In this document: positions 17,320 to 26,636 of the stretch, in pieces | Numbering within the stretch: position 1 is the stretch's first letter | Layout: each line of letters opens with the position of its first letter | Assembly: GCA_035693505.1 (NCBI GenBank) | Contig: DASSGK010000391.1 | Location: 307 to 64,306 of the forward strand | Source of the DNA: Vicinamibacterales bacterium | GTDB lineage: Bacteria > Acidobacteriota > Vicinamibacteria > Vicinamibacterales > CAVVIG01 | Direction of reading: 5' to 3' | DNA: 64,000 bases | Notes under the pieces: generated by a model | The model's database searches: none | Seen by the model: only the letters and a program-made list of their open reading frames with translations | Told to the model about the DNA's origin: nothing | Position numbers and translations under genes: made by a program

Positions 17320-18153
17320 GTGGCCTATCCGCTGCGGCGCACGCTGAGACTCGAGGCTCCCGGCTCGTGGCAGATGCTGAATCTGGCGGAGCTCTGGGCA
17401 TACCGCGAGCTGCTGTTCTTCTTCGTCTGGCGCGACGTCAAGGTCCGCTATAAGCAAACCGTCCTCGGCGCGGCCTGGGCTGTGATCCAGCCGCTGATGA
17501 CGACCTTCGTCTTCACGATTCTCTTCGGGCGCTTCGGCGGCATGTCGAAGCAGGTCGAAGGTCCGTACGCCCTGCACGTCTTCGTCGGCATGCTGCCGTG
17601 GACGTTTTTCTCGAACGCGGTCGCATCCGCAGCCAACAGCCTGGTCGGCAGCAGTCATCTCATCAGCAAGGTCTATTTCCCGCGCATCCTGATCCCGATC
17701 GCGGCCATCGCGGCCGGGCTCGTCGATTTCGCGATCTCCTTCGTCGTGCTGCTGTTGATGATGGCGTGGTACGGCGTCGCGCCGACGCCGGCGATCCTGG
17801 CGCTGCCGCTCTATCTGCTCGGCACCATCGTGTGCGCCGCGGGCGCCGGTGTCCTGTTCGCGGCGCTCATCGTCACGTACCGGGACGTCCGGTACGTCAT
17901 GCCGTTCGTCATGCAGCTCTGGCTGTTTGCGACGCCTGTGCTCTATACGCTCGACATCATTCCGGCAAAATGGCGCGCGTTGTACGCGTTGAATCCGATG
18001 GCCGGAACCATTGCCGGATTTCGCGCGAGCGTGCTCGGCAGCCCGTTTCCCACGGGCGTGATCCTCATTTCCAGCGTCGCGGCCCTGGTGATGTTCGCAA
18101 CAGGCGTTCGTTACTTCGTGCAGGTTGAGCGCCGATTCGCCGATGTCATCTGA
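17320..18153 (+). CDS. wzm: ABC-2 type polysaccharide export permease
   Basis: AELWAYRELLFFFVWRDVKVRYKQTVLGAAWAVIQPL motif and 6 predicted TM segments. The start is uncertain: GTG 17320 or ATG 17374. Confidence 0.85.
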   Translation: MAYPLRRTLRLEAPGSWQMLNLAELWAYRELLFFFVWRDVKVRYKQTVLGAAWAVIQPLMTTFVFTILFGRFGGMSKQVEGPYALHVFVGMLPWTFFSNAVASAANSLVGSSHLISKVYFPRILIPIAAIAAGLVDFAISFVVLLLMMAWYGVAPTPAILALPLYLLGTIVCAAGAGVLFAALIVTYRDVRYVMPFVMQLWLFATPVLYTLDIIPAKWRALYALNPMAGTIAGFRASVLGSPFPTGVILISSVAALVMFATGVRYFVQVERRFADVI

Positions 18154-19402
18154 CGCCATCGTCATCGAGAAACTCGGGAAGCAGTACACAATCGGCACGG
18201 CCACAATCGGCGACGCCACGCTCGGTGAGTCGATCACCTCATGGGTCGCGGGGCCCTGGCGGCGATTCCGCCAACTCGCCGGCCGCGGCGAAGGCCGCAC
18301 GACGTTCTGGGCTCTGAAAGACGTTTCGTTCCGCGTCGGCGTCGGCGAAGTCATCGGCATCGTCGGGCCAAACGGCGCGGGCAAGAGCACGCTGCTGAAG
18401 GTGCTTTCGCGCATCACGCCGCCGACCGAGGGCTATGTCGACCTGACCGGCCGGGTGTCGAGCCTGCTCGAAGTCGGGACCGGCTTTCATCCCGAGCTGA
18501 CGGGCCGTGAAAACGTCTTCCTCAACGGCGCCATCCTGGGCATGTTTCGCGCAGAGATCGTGCGGAAGTTCGATGCGATCGTCGCCTTCGCCGAGCTCGA
18601 GCGCTTCATCGACACGCCCGTGAAGCACTACTCGAGCGGAATGTACGTGCGCCTGGCGTTCTCGGTCGCCGCGCACCTCGAGCCCGAGATTCTGATCATC
18701 GATGAAGTGTTGTCGGTCGGCGACCTGCACTTTCGCAACCGATGTCTGGGCCGCATGCAGGATCTTCGCGACGAGGGGCGCACCGTCCTCTTCGTCAGCC
18801 ACGATCTTACGAGCGTGCGTCAGCTGTGCACACGTGCCCTGCTGCTCAACAGCGGCCACATCGTCGCCGACGGCACGCCCGGCGACATCACGCGGCAGTA
18901 CGAGCGCATGTACCAGGAAGGCGTGGAGAACACGACGGGCGCCGCGGATCGCCGGCACCCGCCCAGCGACTATCACATCCGGCGAGTCGAGCTGAGGAAC
19001 GCTGCCGGCGAGGTGCGCGGGCAATTCGACGCCGGAGAGGTGATGGAGATCCATCTCTGGGCGAGCGGTCCCGCGCCGGAGAACTCGTTCACGGCGGAAT
19101 TCAAGCTGTTCAACGAGGACGATCAGATCGTCAGTTTCGGATCGGCCAATCCCGTCCGGAGCACCTACTATCGTGCGGAGCACCAGCACTTCGTCTGCCG
19201 CCTCGGTCCGCTGCCGCTGACCGAGGGCCGTTACGCGCTCAGCTTCACGGTGCGGGTCTGGAACAAGGAGCGCTGGGACTATTGGGACCGGGCCATCGGG
19301 TTTTCGATCGATCGCTGCGATCTGTTCAACACGGGTCACGGTGTTGCCAACGATCACAACGGCGACTTCGTCATTCAGCAGGAGTGGCTCGTCGGCGACT
19401 GA
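18143..19402 (+). CDS. wzt: Polysaccharide ABC exporter ATP-binding protein with a C-terminal Wzt_C-like beta-sandwich extension
   Basis: Walker A GPNGAGKST, signature YSSGMYVRL and Walker B ILIIDE. An extra C-terminal domain of about 170 aa is present (IRRVELRNAAGEVRGQFDAGEVMEIHLW...RYALSFTVRVW). ATG 18143 overlaps the end of wzm. Confidence 0.85.
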   Translation: MSSDAIVIEKLGKQYTIGTATIGDATLGESITSWVAGPWRRFRQLAGRGEGRTTFWALKDVSFRVGVGEVIGIVGPNGAGKSTLLKVLSRITPPTEGYVDLTGRVSSLLEVGTGFHPELTGRENVFLNGAILGMFRAEIVRKFDAIVAFAELERFIDTPVKHYSSGMYVRLAFSVAAHLEPEILIIDEVLSVGDLHFRNRCLGRMQDLRDEGRTVLFVSHDLTSVRQLCTRALLLNSGHIVADGTPGDITRQYERMYQEGVENTTGAADRRHPPSDYHIRRVELRNAAGEVRGQFDAGEVMEIHLWASGPAPENSFTAEFKLFNEDDQIVSFGSANPVRSTYYRAEHQHFVCRLGPLPLTEGRYALSFTVRVWNKERWDYWDRAIGFSIDRCDLFNTGHGVANDHNGDFVIQQEWLVGD

Positions 19403-19518
19403 TAGGCTCTTTTTATGCTGCCGCGATGGGCCGCGCGCCCGTCGTTGCGTAAAGCGCACCGCTCGCTGCAGCCAGCCGCACGATCCACCGATATCTGGAC
19501 GAAAGGACCGTCGCGTCA

Positions 19519-20460
19519 ATGGGTTCCCGCGTCCCCCTCGTTTCGATCAACGTCCCTTGCTACCGCCAGCTGGCGCAAGCTCGCCGCTGTGTCGACTCCA
19601 TCCTCGGGCAGTCATTCGGCGATTTCGAGCTCACGCTGTTCGACGATGGAGCGTCCGACGAGTATCAAGAGTACGTGCGGGAACTGGGCGATGCGCGGGT
19701 ACGGTATCAGCGAAACCCATCGCGCCTGGGCGCGATGGGCAACATGTTTCAAGCCATCGCCGCGGGAGAAGGCAGGTACTCGCTCGCCTTCCACGAGGAC
19801 GATCTGCTCAACCGCGACTTTCTGGCGTCGGCCGTCGGCATCCTCGAGGGACATCCTTCGTGCGGCTTCGTCGCCGCGGAATTGCGCGAATTCAAGGTCG
19901 AGCCCTCGGACGCGGAGCTCGCCGCGCCGGCGGGCGCGTTGATCTACGACCAATTCGACTCCCCCGTCGAATTCCTTCGCGCGATTCTCAGAGGCACCGA
20001 ACCGATGTTCGGATCCGTCGTGTACCGGCGTGACAGCCTTGCGGGCGTGCCGGTGCAACACGACACGTACGGAACCCTTGTGGATCGGCCCTTCCTGCTG
20101 TCCATCATGCAGCGCTGGTCGGCGGCGGTCCTTCGCAACCCGCTGGTCTACTACCGGCACCATCCCGACACGGCGCGCCACAAGGGGATGAGCGTCGACA
20201 ACATCATCCGGTTGTTGACGCTGTACCGATCGACGCTGCCGGCACCGATGAGCGCCGGAGACCACGCGCTGTTCTATGCCTACAGCGGTTACTGGCTGTT
20301 CACGCTGTACGACTTGACGCCGGACGATCGCCGGCCGTCCTTCGCCCGCTTCCTGTTCGACGTGTGGAGACGCGGCCTTTACAAGCCGCGATCGCGCGGC
20401 CGGTTCGGACTTCGGCTGATCCGCCGCGCGCTGCTCGGTCAAGCGCGGGTGGCGTCGTGA
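19519..20460 (+). CDS. Glycosyltransferase family 2
   Basis: VSINVPCYRQLAQARRCVDSILGQSFGDFELTLFDDGASD is a typical GT-A N-terminus. Confidence 0.85.
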   Translation: MGSRVPLVSINVPCYRQLAQARRCVDSILGQSFGDFELTLFDDGASDEYQEYVRELGDARVRYQRNPSRLGAMGNMFQAIAAGEGRYSLAFHEDDLLNRDFLASAVGILEGHPSCGFVAAELREFKVEPSDAELAAPAGALIYDQFDSPVEFLRAILRGTEPMFGSVVYRRDSLAGVPVQHDTYGTLVDRPFLLSIMQRWSAAVLRNPLVYYRHHPDTARHKGMSVDNIIRLLTLYRSTLPAPMSAGDHALFYAYSGYWLFTLYDLTPDDRRPSFARFLFDVWRRGLYKPRSRGRFGLRLIRRALLGQARVAS

Positions 20461-21425
20461 AGGTCATTGCCATGATGCCCGTGCGCAACGAGGACTGGGT
20501 GATCGAGCACTCGCTCGCCTGTCTGTCCGCGTTCTGCGACGTGATCCTCGTCGGCGATCGCGGGTCTGACGACCGCACACGCGACATCTGCCGGCGTTTT
20601 CCGAGCGCCGTCGTCGTGGACGCGCCGGAGGCGAGTCGCATCCGTGAGCAGCGCTGGCAATTGCTCGACGCCGCACGCGACTACGACGGTCACAATCTGC
20701 TGTGGGCGACCGATGCCGACGAACTGCTGTCACCAAAGCCGGCGCGGGCGTTTCTCGCGGGTGCACGCGAACGGCTTTCACCGGGAACGGCGATCGAATG
20801 CCGTTACTACCATCTCTGGAACGCTCCAGACCGGTTTCGCGACGATGTCTCACACTACGGGCCGCAGTGGAAACAGGTGGGCTTTGTCGACGACCGGCGC
20901 GCGGACTTCGATCGCTCGAATGCCACGGCGCTGCACGAACCGCGCGTCCCGGCGGGCGCAGACGCACCTCTCATTCAAGAAGAGTCTCTCCACCTCCTGC
21001 ACCTGCAGTGGTTGATTCCGCAGCGCAACCAATTGAAGCAGGCCTGGTATCGGTGCCGCGAACTGCTCGACGGCCGAAGCGCCGCCGCCATCAACGGGTT
21101 CTATTCAGTCACACTCTCCGATGCACGCGTCCCGACGACAAAGGTACCTGGCGAGTGGGTGGAAGCGGTCACGTTCCCGTCGGCAGACAGCGATCTGATT
21201 TCTTCCTGGCATCTGCGAGAGATCCTCGACTGGTTCGATCAGCGCGGCATCGAGTTTTTCGAGGGGCTCGAAATCTGGCAGATCCGCGTGCTTGACGACG
21301 AGTTTCGCAAGCGCGTCGGCCGGGCGCCGCGGCCCAATCTGTCGTACCGGCCGACGTGGCCTGCGCGGGCGCAGCGTTTCGGGCGTCGCCTCGTAAACGC
21401 GGCCCGCAGGCGTCTTCCGGTCTGA
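20457..21425 (+). CDS. GT-A fold (family 2-like) glycosyltransferase
   Basis: GTG 20457 overlaps the upstream TGA (GTGA). VKVIAMMPVRNEDWVIEHSLACL...VGDRGSDDRT...ATDADE (DxD motif). Confidence 0.65.
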   Translation: MKVIAMMPVRNEDWVIEHSLACLSAFCDVILVGDRGSDDRTRDICRRFPSAVVVDAPEASRIREQRWQLLDAARDYDGHNLLWATDADELLSPKPARAFLAGARERLSPGTAIECRYYHLWNAPDRFRDDVSHYGPQWKQVGFVDDRRADFDRSNATALHEPRVPAGADAPLIQEESLHLLHLQWLIPQRNQLKQAWYRCRELLDGRSAAAINGFYSVTLSDARVPTTKVPGEWVEAVTFPSADSDLISSWHLREILDWFDQRGIEFFEGLEIWQIRVLDDEFRKRVGRAPRPNLSYRPTWPARAQRFGRRLVNAARRRLPV

Positions 21426-21426
21426 T

Positions 21427-22434
21427 ATGGCGCCGCCATTTCTGACAGTACTGACGACGCCGGTTCCAGGCGAACGCGAACGACTGACGCGCGAGGTTCG
21501 GCGTCGTATACGATCACTCGTCAAGCCCGGGGCGCCGCTTCCGAGGAGCTCTCCGTATCCGGGGCACTTTGCGCTGGTCCGCAGCGTGGTCGAAGGCTTG
21601 CGCGCGATTGGGGCGGACTTCAATTTCAATCCCGGACGCCTCCGCGAACTTGCCCGCGTCGTCTACGCACCAGCCAACGAAGCGCTCCGCCAGGCGGTCG
21701 AGCTGAAACAGCGCGGGCGCGTCGACTACCTGGTCGCGGGGCCCGTCAACGCCCTCTTCGCGGACGAATCCGACGGAGTCCTGCAATTTCCGGAGATCGA
21801 TCGGCTGATCGTCGCGCACGAGTGGGCACTCGACTTTTACCGCGAAGCTCCAGTCCTCCTCGAGAAGGCGGTCGCCTGTCCCTGCGGTGTCGACGCCGAT
21901 GCCTGGAAGCCGACCGGCGGCACGGACAAGCGAATCGGTCTGGTGTATTGGAAAAGCGGAGACGAAGCCTTCTGTGAGGAGGTCGAGCAGATCGTGCGTG
22001 CGAGCGGCCTGGAGCCTCGACGAGTGCGCTCGATGCACGGCGAGCACGCCATCTTCAGCGCGGCCGACTACCGGCAGCTGCTCGATCGATCGGCCATCGG
22101 GATCTTCCTGAGCACGTTCGAAACGCAGGGGCTGGCGCTCGCGGAAGCGTGGTCGATGGATGTGCCGACGCTGGTCTGGGATCCGCAAGGCGTCGCACAG
22201 TGGCGCGGCCGCACCTTCGAGTCACGCTCTTCGGCGCCATACCTGACGCCGCTGACCGGACGGCGATGGCGCACGATCGGCGAACTGGAACCGGTGCTGC
22301 GCTCGGCGATGGCGGACCGCGCGTCGTTCCGGCCGCGCGAATGGGTGCTCGCGAACATGACCGATGCCATCTGTTCCACGGCTCTGCTCGGCATCATCAA
22401 GGCCGGCGCCGAGCATCCGCGTATCGTGCGGTGA
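21427..22434 (+). CDS. Putative GT-B fold glycosyltransferase (divergent)
   Basis: The C-terminal FLSTFETQGLALAEAWSMDVPTLVWD resembles the GT1/GT4 E-x7-E region. The N-terminal half is unassigned. Confidence 0.45.
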   Translation: MAPPFLTVLTTPVPGERERLTREVRRRIRSLVKPGAPLPRSSPYPGHFALVRSVVEGLRAIGADFNFNPGRLRELARVVYAPANEALRQAVELKQRGRVDYLVAGPVNALFADESDGVLQFPEIDRLIVAHEWALDFYREAPVLLEKAVACPCGVDADAWKPTGGTDKRIGLVYWKSGDEAFCEEVEQIVRASGLEPRRVRSMHGEHAIFSAADYRQLLDRSAIGIFLSTFETQGLALAEAWSMDVPTLVWDPQGVAQWRGRTFESRSSAPYLTPLTGRRWRTIGELEPVLRSAMADRASFRPREWVLANMTDAICSTALLGIIKAGAEHPRIVR

Positions 22435-23210
22435 TGAGAATGCTGAGGCGCGTGGCGTCGCGAACGTTGAAGCGATTGCGGATGTGGGCGCGCACGCTTC
22501 GCAATCCTTTCCGCCTCGCCGCGCTCCAGCGCCAGCGGTCGCTTCGTCTGCACCTGGGCTGCGGCGACGATCGTCTTCCTGGCTACGTCAACATCGACAA
22601 TCGAGCCACTCCGGCTGTCGACGTCGCCATGGATCTCAGTCTGCCGCGCCTTGCCGACGGCTCCGTCGCCTTCGCGTTCAGCAACGCGTTCTTCGAGCAC
22701 CTGTTCCGCCAGTCTCGAGGTCCGCACTTGAAAAGGATCCGGCGCGCGCTCGCCGCGGACGGCGCATGCTGCTACATGGGCATCCCGTATTTTCCGAACA
22801 TCGCAAGGCTCTACGTCGAGCGCGGGCCCGGGACCGCCAGCGAGATCTTCGACCTGTACAACGTCTACCGGTACACGCACGGCGATCCGGAAGGACAGCA
22901 GGCCTGGTGGCTGGGACAGCTGCACAAGAGCCTCTTTGACGAGGAGGAAGTCGAGGCGCTGCTCTCGCAGAGCGGGTTCGGCGCGTATGTGATGTTTTGC
23001 TACGGCTATCCGGGCGACGTCCATGAAGTGCCGGTCACCATGGGGTTCTACGCCACATGCGAGGCTGCGGCGCCGGCCGAGCTGCGCGAGGAGTGCCTGT
23101 CGTTCCTCCGTCAGTTTGCCGATACCCGGATTCGGCTGGCCACGCTCGAGTGGCTTCCCGCGGACCGCGCGCCCACTCGCAGCCGAGCTGAAGTGAAATA
23201 TGGGTCTTGA
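22434..23210 (+). CDS. Class I SAM-dependent methyltransferase
   Basis: ATG 22434 overlaps the upstream TGA by 1 nt. LRLHLGCGDDRLPGYVNID...DGSVAFAFSNAFFEHL. The ORF-track start at 22149 is an extension. Confidence 0.7.
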   Translation: MRMLRRVASRTLKRLRMWARTLRNPFRLAALQRQRSLRLHLGCGDDRLPGYVNIDNRATPAVDVAMDLSLPRLADGSVAFAFSNAFFEHLFRQSRGPHLKRIRRALAADGACCYMGIPYFPNIARLYVERGPGTASEIFDLYNVYRYTHGDPEGQQAWWLGQLHKSLFDEEEVEALLSQSGFGAYVMFCYGYPGDVHEVPVTMGFYATCEAAAPAELREECLSFLRQFADTRIRLATLEWLPADRAPTRSRAEVKYGS

Positions 23211-24048
23211 AACCAATGCGGCGGCCCTTCTCCTGAAAATGCGCCGGGACGAGGTGGCGTTCGGCCGCGTTCTGACGCTGGGTCACCAGCATCTGCACCT
23301 CGAGCCCGCCACATACCGCCGGGTGCTCACGCGACTCGGCCAACCGCTCGCCGAAGAAGTGCCGGTGTACGCAGACAGCTTGATCAAGGCTCTCGGCGCC
23401 AAGGACGTGGAGGCGCTCGACGCCTCCAGCTATGAAGGTGCGACCCGCCTGCACGATCTCAACGAACCCGTGCCGGCGTCATGGCACGAGCAGTTCGACC
23501 TCGTCTTCGACGGCGGTACGCTCGAACACGTGTTCAACTTCCCGATCGCGCTGAAGAACTGCATGCAGATGGTGAAACCGCATGGCCGGTTCGTCGCCGT
23601 GACCATGCCGAACAACTGGTGCGGGCATGGCTTCTACCAGTTCTCGCCGGAGCTGTTCTTCCGCGCGTTCAGCCCCGAGAACGGCTTCTCGGTCGTGGAG
23701 ATGTATTTTGCGGATACCAGTGGAAAGCATTTCTATCGTGTCGTCGATCCAGCGGCCGTACGCGAGCGCGTGCAGCTCTGGACCAACGATCCCGTCTATC
23801 TCCTCGTGCACGCCCGCCGCGACGACGTCCGCGAGATCTTTTCCGCCGTCCCCCAACAGAGCGATTACGTCAACGACTGGGTTGGCACAGGACCGGTGAC
23901 GCGGCCGAAACGATTCGAGGCCTGGAAAGAATCGCCGATTCTCCGGCCGATCCGCCGTGTGCGCCGGCACATGCTCCTGCGCCGGCACCGCCGCATGTTT
24001 TCGTTCAGCAATCGCGCGTTCTACCAGCCGGCCGATTTGCGGATCTAG
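23200..24048 (+). CDS. SAM-dependent methyltransferase
   Basis: FGRVLTLGHQHLH...FDLVFDGGTLEHVFNFPIALKNCMQMVKPHGRFV, a Methyltransf_11/23-like core. Confidence 0.65.
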   Translation: MGLETNAAALLLKMRRDEVAFGRVLTLGHQHLHLEPATYRRVLTRLGQPLAEEVPVYADSLIKALGAKDVEALDASSYEGATRLHDLNEPVPASWHEQFDLVFDGGTLEHVFNFPIALKNCMQMVKPHGRFVAVTMPNNWCGHGFYQFSPELFFRAFSPENGFSVVEMYFADTSGKHFYRVVDPAAVRERVQLWTNDPVYLLVHARRDDVREIFSAVPQQSDYVNDWVGTGPVTRPKRFEAWKESPILRPIRRVRRHMLLRRHRRMFSFSNRAFYQPADLRI

Positions 24049-24050
24049 CG

Positions 24051-24845
24051 ATGCCGCGCTTCAAGCTCACGATCGAGTACGCGGGCACCCGCTACAGCGG
24101 CTGGCAGATTCAAAAGAACGCAAAAACGGTACAGGGCGAGATCGATCGCGCGGTTCGCACGGTCACGGGCCGGAAAGACTTCGAGCTGTACGGCTCGGGG
24201 CGGACCGACGCCGGAGTCCATGCGCTCGGCCAGGTGGCGCATCTCGACGTCAGCACGAACCTCCCCGCCGAGTCGCTGAAGCGCCGTCTGAACGACGAGC
24301 TCCCGGCGGACATCAACATCCTGACCGCCGCGCAGGTGCCGCATCGTTTTCACGCGCGCCATCATGCGGTGGCGCGCCGCTACCTGTATCAGATCGCGCA
24401 GCGGCGAACCGCGTTCGCCAAGGCGTACGTGTGGTGGGTGAAGGAGCCTCTCGACATCGGCCGGATGCGCGAAGCGGCTCGCGCGTTCGTGGGCATGCGC
24501 GATTTCCGATCGTTTGCCGCCGCGGCCTCGCAAGAGGACGGAGAAGCTCCTCCGTCTACGCTGGTCCTGGTCGACCACCTCGAAATCATCGAAGACGGTG
24601 ATCTGCTGCTCGTCAGCATCCAGGGCTCGCATTTCCTCTGGAAAATGGTGCGCCGGATGGTGGGTGTGCTCGTCGAGATCGGCCGTGGTGAGATGCCGGT
24701 CGACGCGATTAAAACCATCCTCGCGAACGGATCGGCGGCACCCGCACGTCTGACCGCCCCGCCGTCCGGACTGTTTCTCGAGAAGGTCTATTACGAAGGC
24801 GACGCGCAGGAACCGCCACGCGCCGCGACGCCGCTTGAACGCTAG
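24051..24845 (+). CDS. truA: tRNA pseudouridine(38-40) synthase
   Basis: MPRFKLTIEYAGTRYSGWQIQKN..TVQGEIDRA...GSGRTDAGVHALGQVAHLD carries the catalytic RTDAGVHA motif. The ORF-track start at 23481 is an extension. Confidence 0.9.
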   Translation: MPRFKLTIEYAGTRYSGWQIQKNAKTVQGEIDRAVRTVTGRKDFELYGSGRTDAGVHALGQVAHLDVSTNLPAESLKRRLNDELPADINILTAAQVPHRFHARHHAVARRYLYQIAQRRTAFAKAYVWWVKEPLDIGRMREAARAFVGMRDFRSFAAAASQEDGEAPPSTLVLVDHLEIIEDGDLLLVSIQGSHFLWKMVRRMVGVLVEIGRGEMPVDAIKTILANGSAAPARLTAPPSGLFLEKVYYEGDAQEPPRAATPLER

Positions 24846-25924
24846 CGCGAATCGTCGGGAAGATCGATCATCGGGCGACCATCGACCCGCAATCCGAGAA
24901 CGAGACGCACGACTTCAGCGTAGCTCGCGGTTCCGGCTTCCACGCGATTGGCCTTCAGATACGAATCGTAGACGCGCCATCCCGCGTCCGAAACATGGCG
25001 ATTCACGTCGCGCAGGAAGCGTTCACGGATAGCCCGCAAGTCGGCGCGGGGTCCCCCGCCGAGCGCTGCCGCGAGAACCGCACGGTCCGGTCCCGGCACC
25101 GCGCGTGAGAGCTCTCCGTACAGGAACAGCCAGCCGCTGTACGCCAGCGGTGCCGGTCCGTTGATGCACGCACGCCACGCGGTAAAGTTCGCCTCGCCTT
25201 CGTCGGCGATCCCCGCCAGGTGGCTCCACTCGTGAGCGACGACGAACGCACGCTCGAAAGGCAGGACGCCGCCGGCGACAAGCGTCTCGAGAAAGAACGG
25301 ATCGGTCATGCCGTCCACGCCGGCGCGGCGGAAGTACGCATCGAGAATCGTACGCTTGGGACGTCCCGGAACGACGTCGCGCCGGATGCCCGCCTCGCGC
25401 ACCGCGCGGGCGAAGCCGTCGGCCAGCACCGGATCCACTTCGTCGGCCGCCTGCCATCCGCGGGCGTGCGCCGGATCGTGCAAGGCGTTGAGACGCTCCA
25501 CGGCAACGCGGCCGGCGGCGGCGGCAGCCTCGGCCGTGACCGCGGATGGGTCGTACGCCATCGTCTCGCGCAGCGGCGGACGACGGTAGTTGAGGCCCCA
25601 GAGCGCGAGAAACATCAGGTACAGTGTCGCGGCCCAGGCGAGGGTTCGAGCGGTGATGAGGCCGGCCGCGCGCAGGCGGCTCCCGGCCCGCCGCAGATCC
25701 CGAACCGCCATCACGATCCACGAGACGCCGACGGCCCCGATCAGCACGTCTAGCAGGGCGAACGGGACGAGGTTCGAGACGGAGGTCAGGAGGGGCTGGA
25801 TACCGGCGTACGCGCGCTCCGAATACCAGCGATCGACCGCAAACGCCGGCAACGGGGCTACCGCTGCGCCAAGGGCGCTAGCTACCACTCCCGCTTGCCA
25901 CCATAGTCGGTTGCCGATGCGCAT
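24842..25924 (-). CDS. DUF3810-type membrane metalloprotease-like protein
   Basis: N-terminal TM segments, an HEWSH zinc-motif-like site (VVAHEWSHLAG), and overall similarity to the DUF3810 family. Confidence 0.7.
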   Translation of the reverse strand: MRIGNRLWWQAGVVASALGAAVAPLPAFAVDRWYSERAYAGIQPLLTSVSNLVPFALLDVLIGAVGVSWIVMAVRDLRRAGSRLRAAGLITARTLAWAATLYLMFLALWGLNYRRPPLRETMAYDPSAVTAEAAAAAGRVAVERLNALHDPAHARGWQAADEVDPVLADGFARAVREAGIRRDVVPGRPKRTILDAYFRRAGVDGMTDPFFLETLVAGGVLPFERAFVVAHEWSHLAGIADEGEANFTAWRACINGPAPLAYSGWLFLYGELSRAVPGPDRAVLAAALGGGPRADLRAIRERFLRDVNRHVSDAGWRVYDSYLKANRVEAGTASYAEVVRLVLGLRVDGRPMIDLPDDSR

Positions 25925-26115
25925 AATTGCCCGGCCATTCGCCCAATCGAGTAAAATTGCGAGACTTACCTTTGGATCTCACGCTCCGTCGTTGTGAGAC
26001 CTGATTCCACGTGGTAGGATTCAGTAACACTAAACGACCTTATTGTCAGTTAAAGTCATTTACAAAATTACACTCAAGCGCCGAGACAATCCGACCGATA
26101 AGAACTGAGAACCGT
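25925..26115. promoter_or_regulatory. AT-rich divergent intergenic region; likely promoter region of the wzc-side EPS genes
   Basis: This is markedly AT-richer than the surrounding DNA. It contains the inverted repeat CTGATTCC-N8-GGATTCAG (26001-26024) and the motif ACACTAAA-N9-TGTCA (26027-26048). That motif is also present at 63945-63966. Confidence 0.4.
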
Positions 26116-26631
26116 ATGTCTCGTTTTCTGCCCGCTGCCCTTGTCGTGATCACTGCTGCCAGCGGCCTTCCGCTCGCCGCTCAGCAGCCGATGACAGCCG
26201 TCAGTCCAATCTCGACGACCATCGCCCGCACGAAGGGCTTCGGGTTCAGCACTATTCAGGGCAACGCGCTCGATTCCACCAACGCCAGGATGAGCAACGC
26301 GAAGATTCGGCTGCGCGACGCGCGGTTCGGGCGCATCGTGGACAAGCAGCTGACCGACAAATCCGGCATCTTCACGTTCGCGAAGATCGAACCCGGCACC
26401 TACATCGTCGAGATCATGTCCGACGATCAGTCTATCCTCGCCGCGAGCGACCTGCTGAATGTGAACGCTGGCGACACCGTGTCGGCGATCGTGAAGCTGC
26501 CGTTCAAAGTCCCGCCAACGATGACGCTTGGCGGAACTGCGAAATCGACCGCCTGGATCATCGCCACACAGGCGGTGGCCAGCAGCATCGTGGCGGTCGT
26601 GCCGACACGTCCGGTCAGTCCCAACCAGTAA
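26116..26631 (+). CDS. Small secreted CarboxypepD_reg-like (Ig-like beta-sandwich) protein with a hydrophobic C-terminal tail
   Basis: Signal peptide MSRFLPAALVVITAASGLPLAAQ. The GNALDSTNARMSNAKIRLRD...LTDKSGIFTFAKIEPGTYIVEI pattern is typical of carboxypeptidase-regulatory-like domains. It ends 5 nt before wzc. Confidence 0.6.
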   Translation: MSRFLPAALVVITAASGLPLAAQQPMTAVSPISTTIARTKGFGFSTIQGNALDSTNARMSNAKIRLRDARFGRIVDKQLTDKSGIFTFAKIEPGTYIVEIMSDDQSILAASDLLNVNAGDTVSAIVKLPFKVPPTMTLGGTAKSTAWIIATQAVASSIVAVVPTRPVSPNQ

Positions 26632-26636
26632 CGGCG

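Noticed and set aside
24842-24845. The stop codons of truA (+) and the DUF3810 gene (-) overlap within a GCTAGC palindrome.
   Set aside because: It is real in the sequence but is simply a 4-nt convergent overlap with no accompanying structure. It is unlikely to be functionally special.
26540-26631. Possible PEP-CTERM sorting signal at the C-terminus of the small secreted protein.
   Set aside because: There is no PEP motif and no terminal Arg/Lys cluster after the hydrophobic stretch (…SSIVAVVPTRPVSPNQ). It does not fit the PEP-CTERM pattern.
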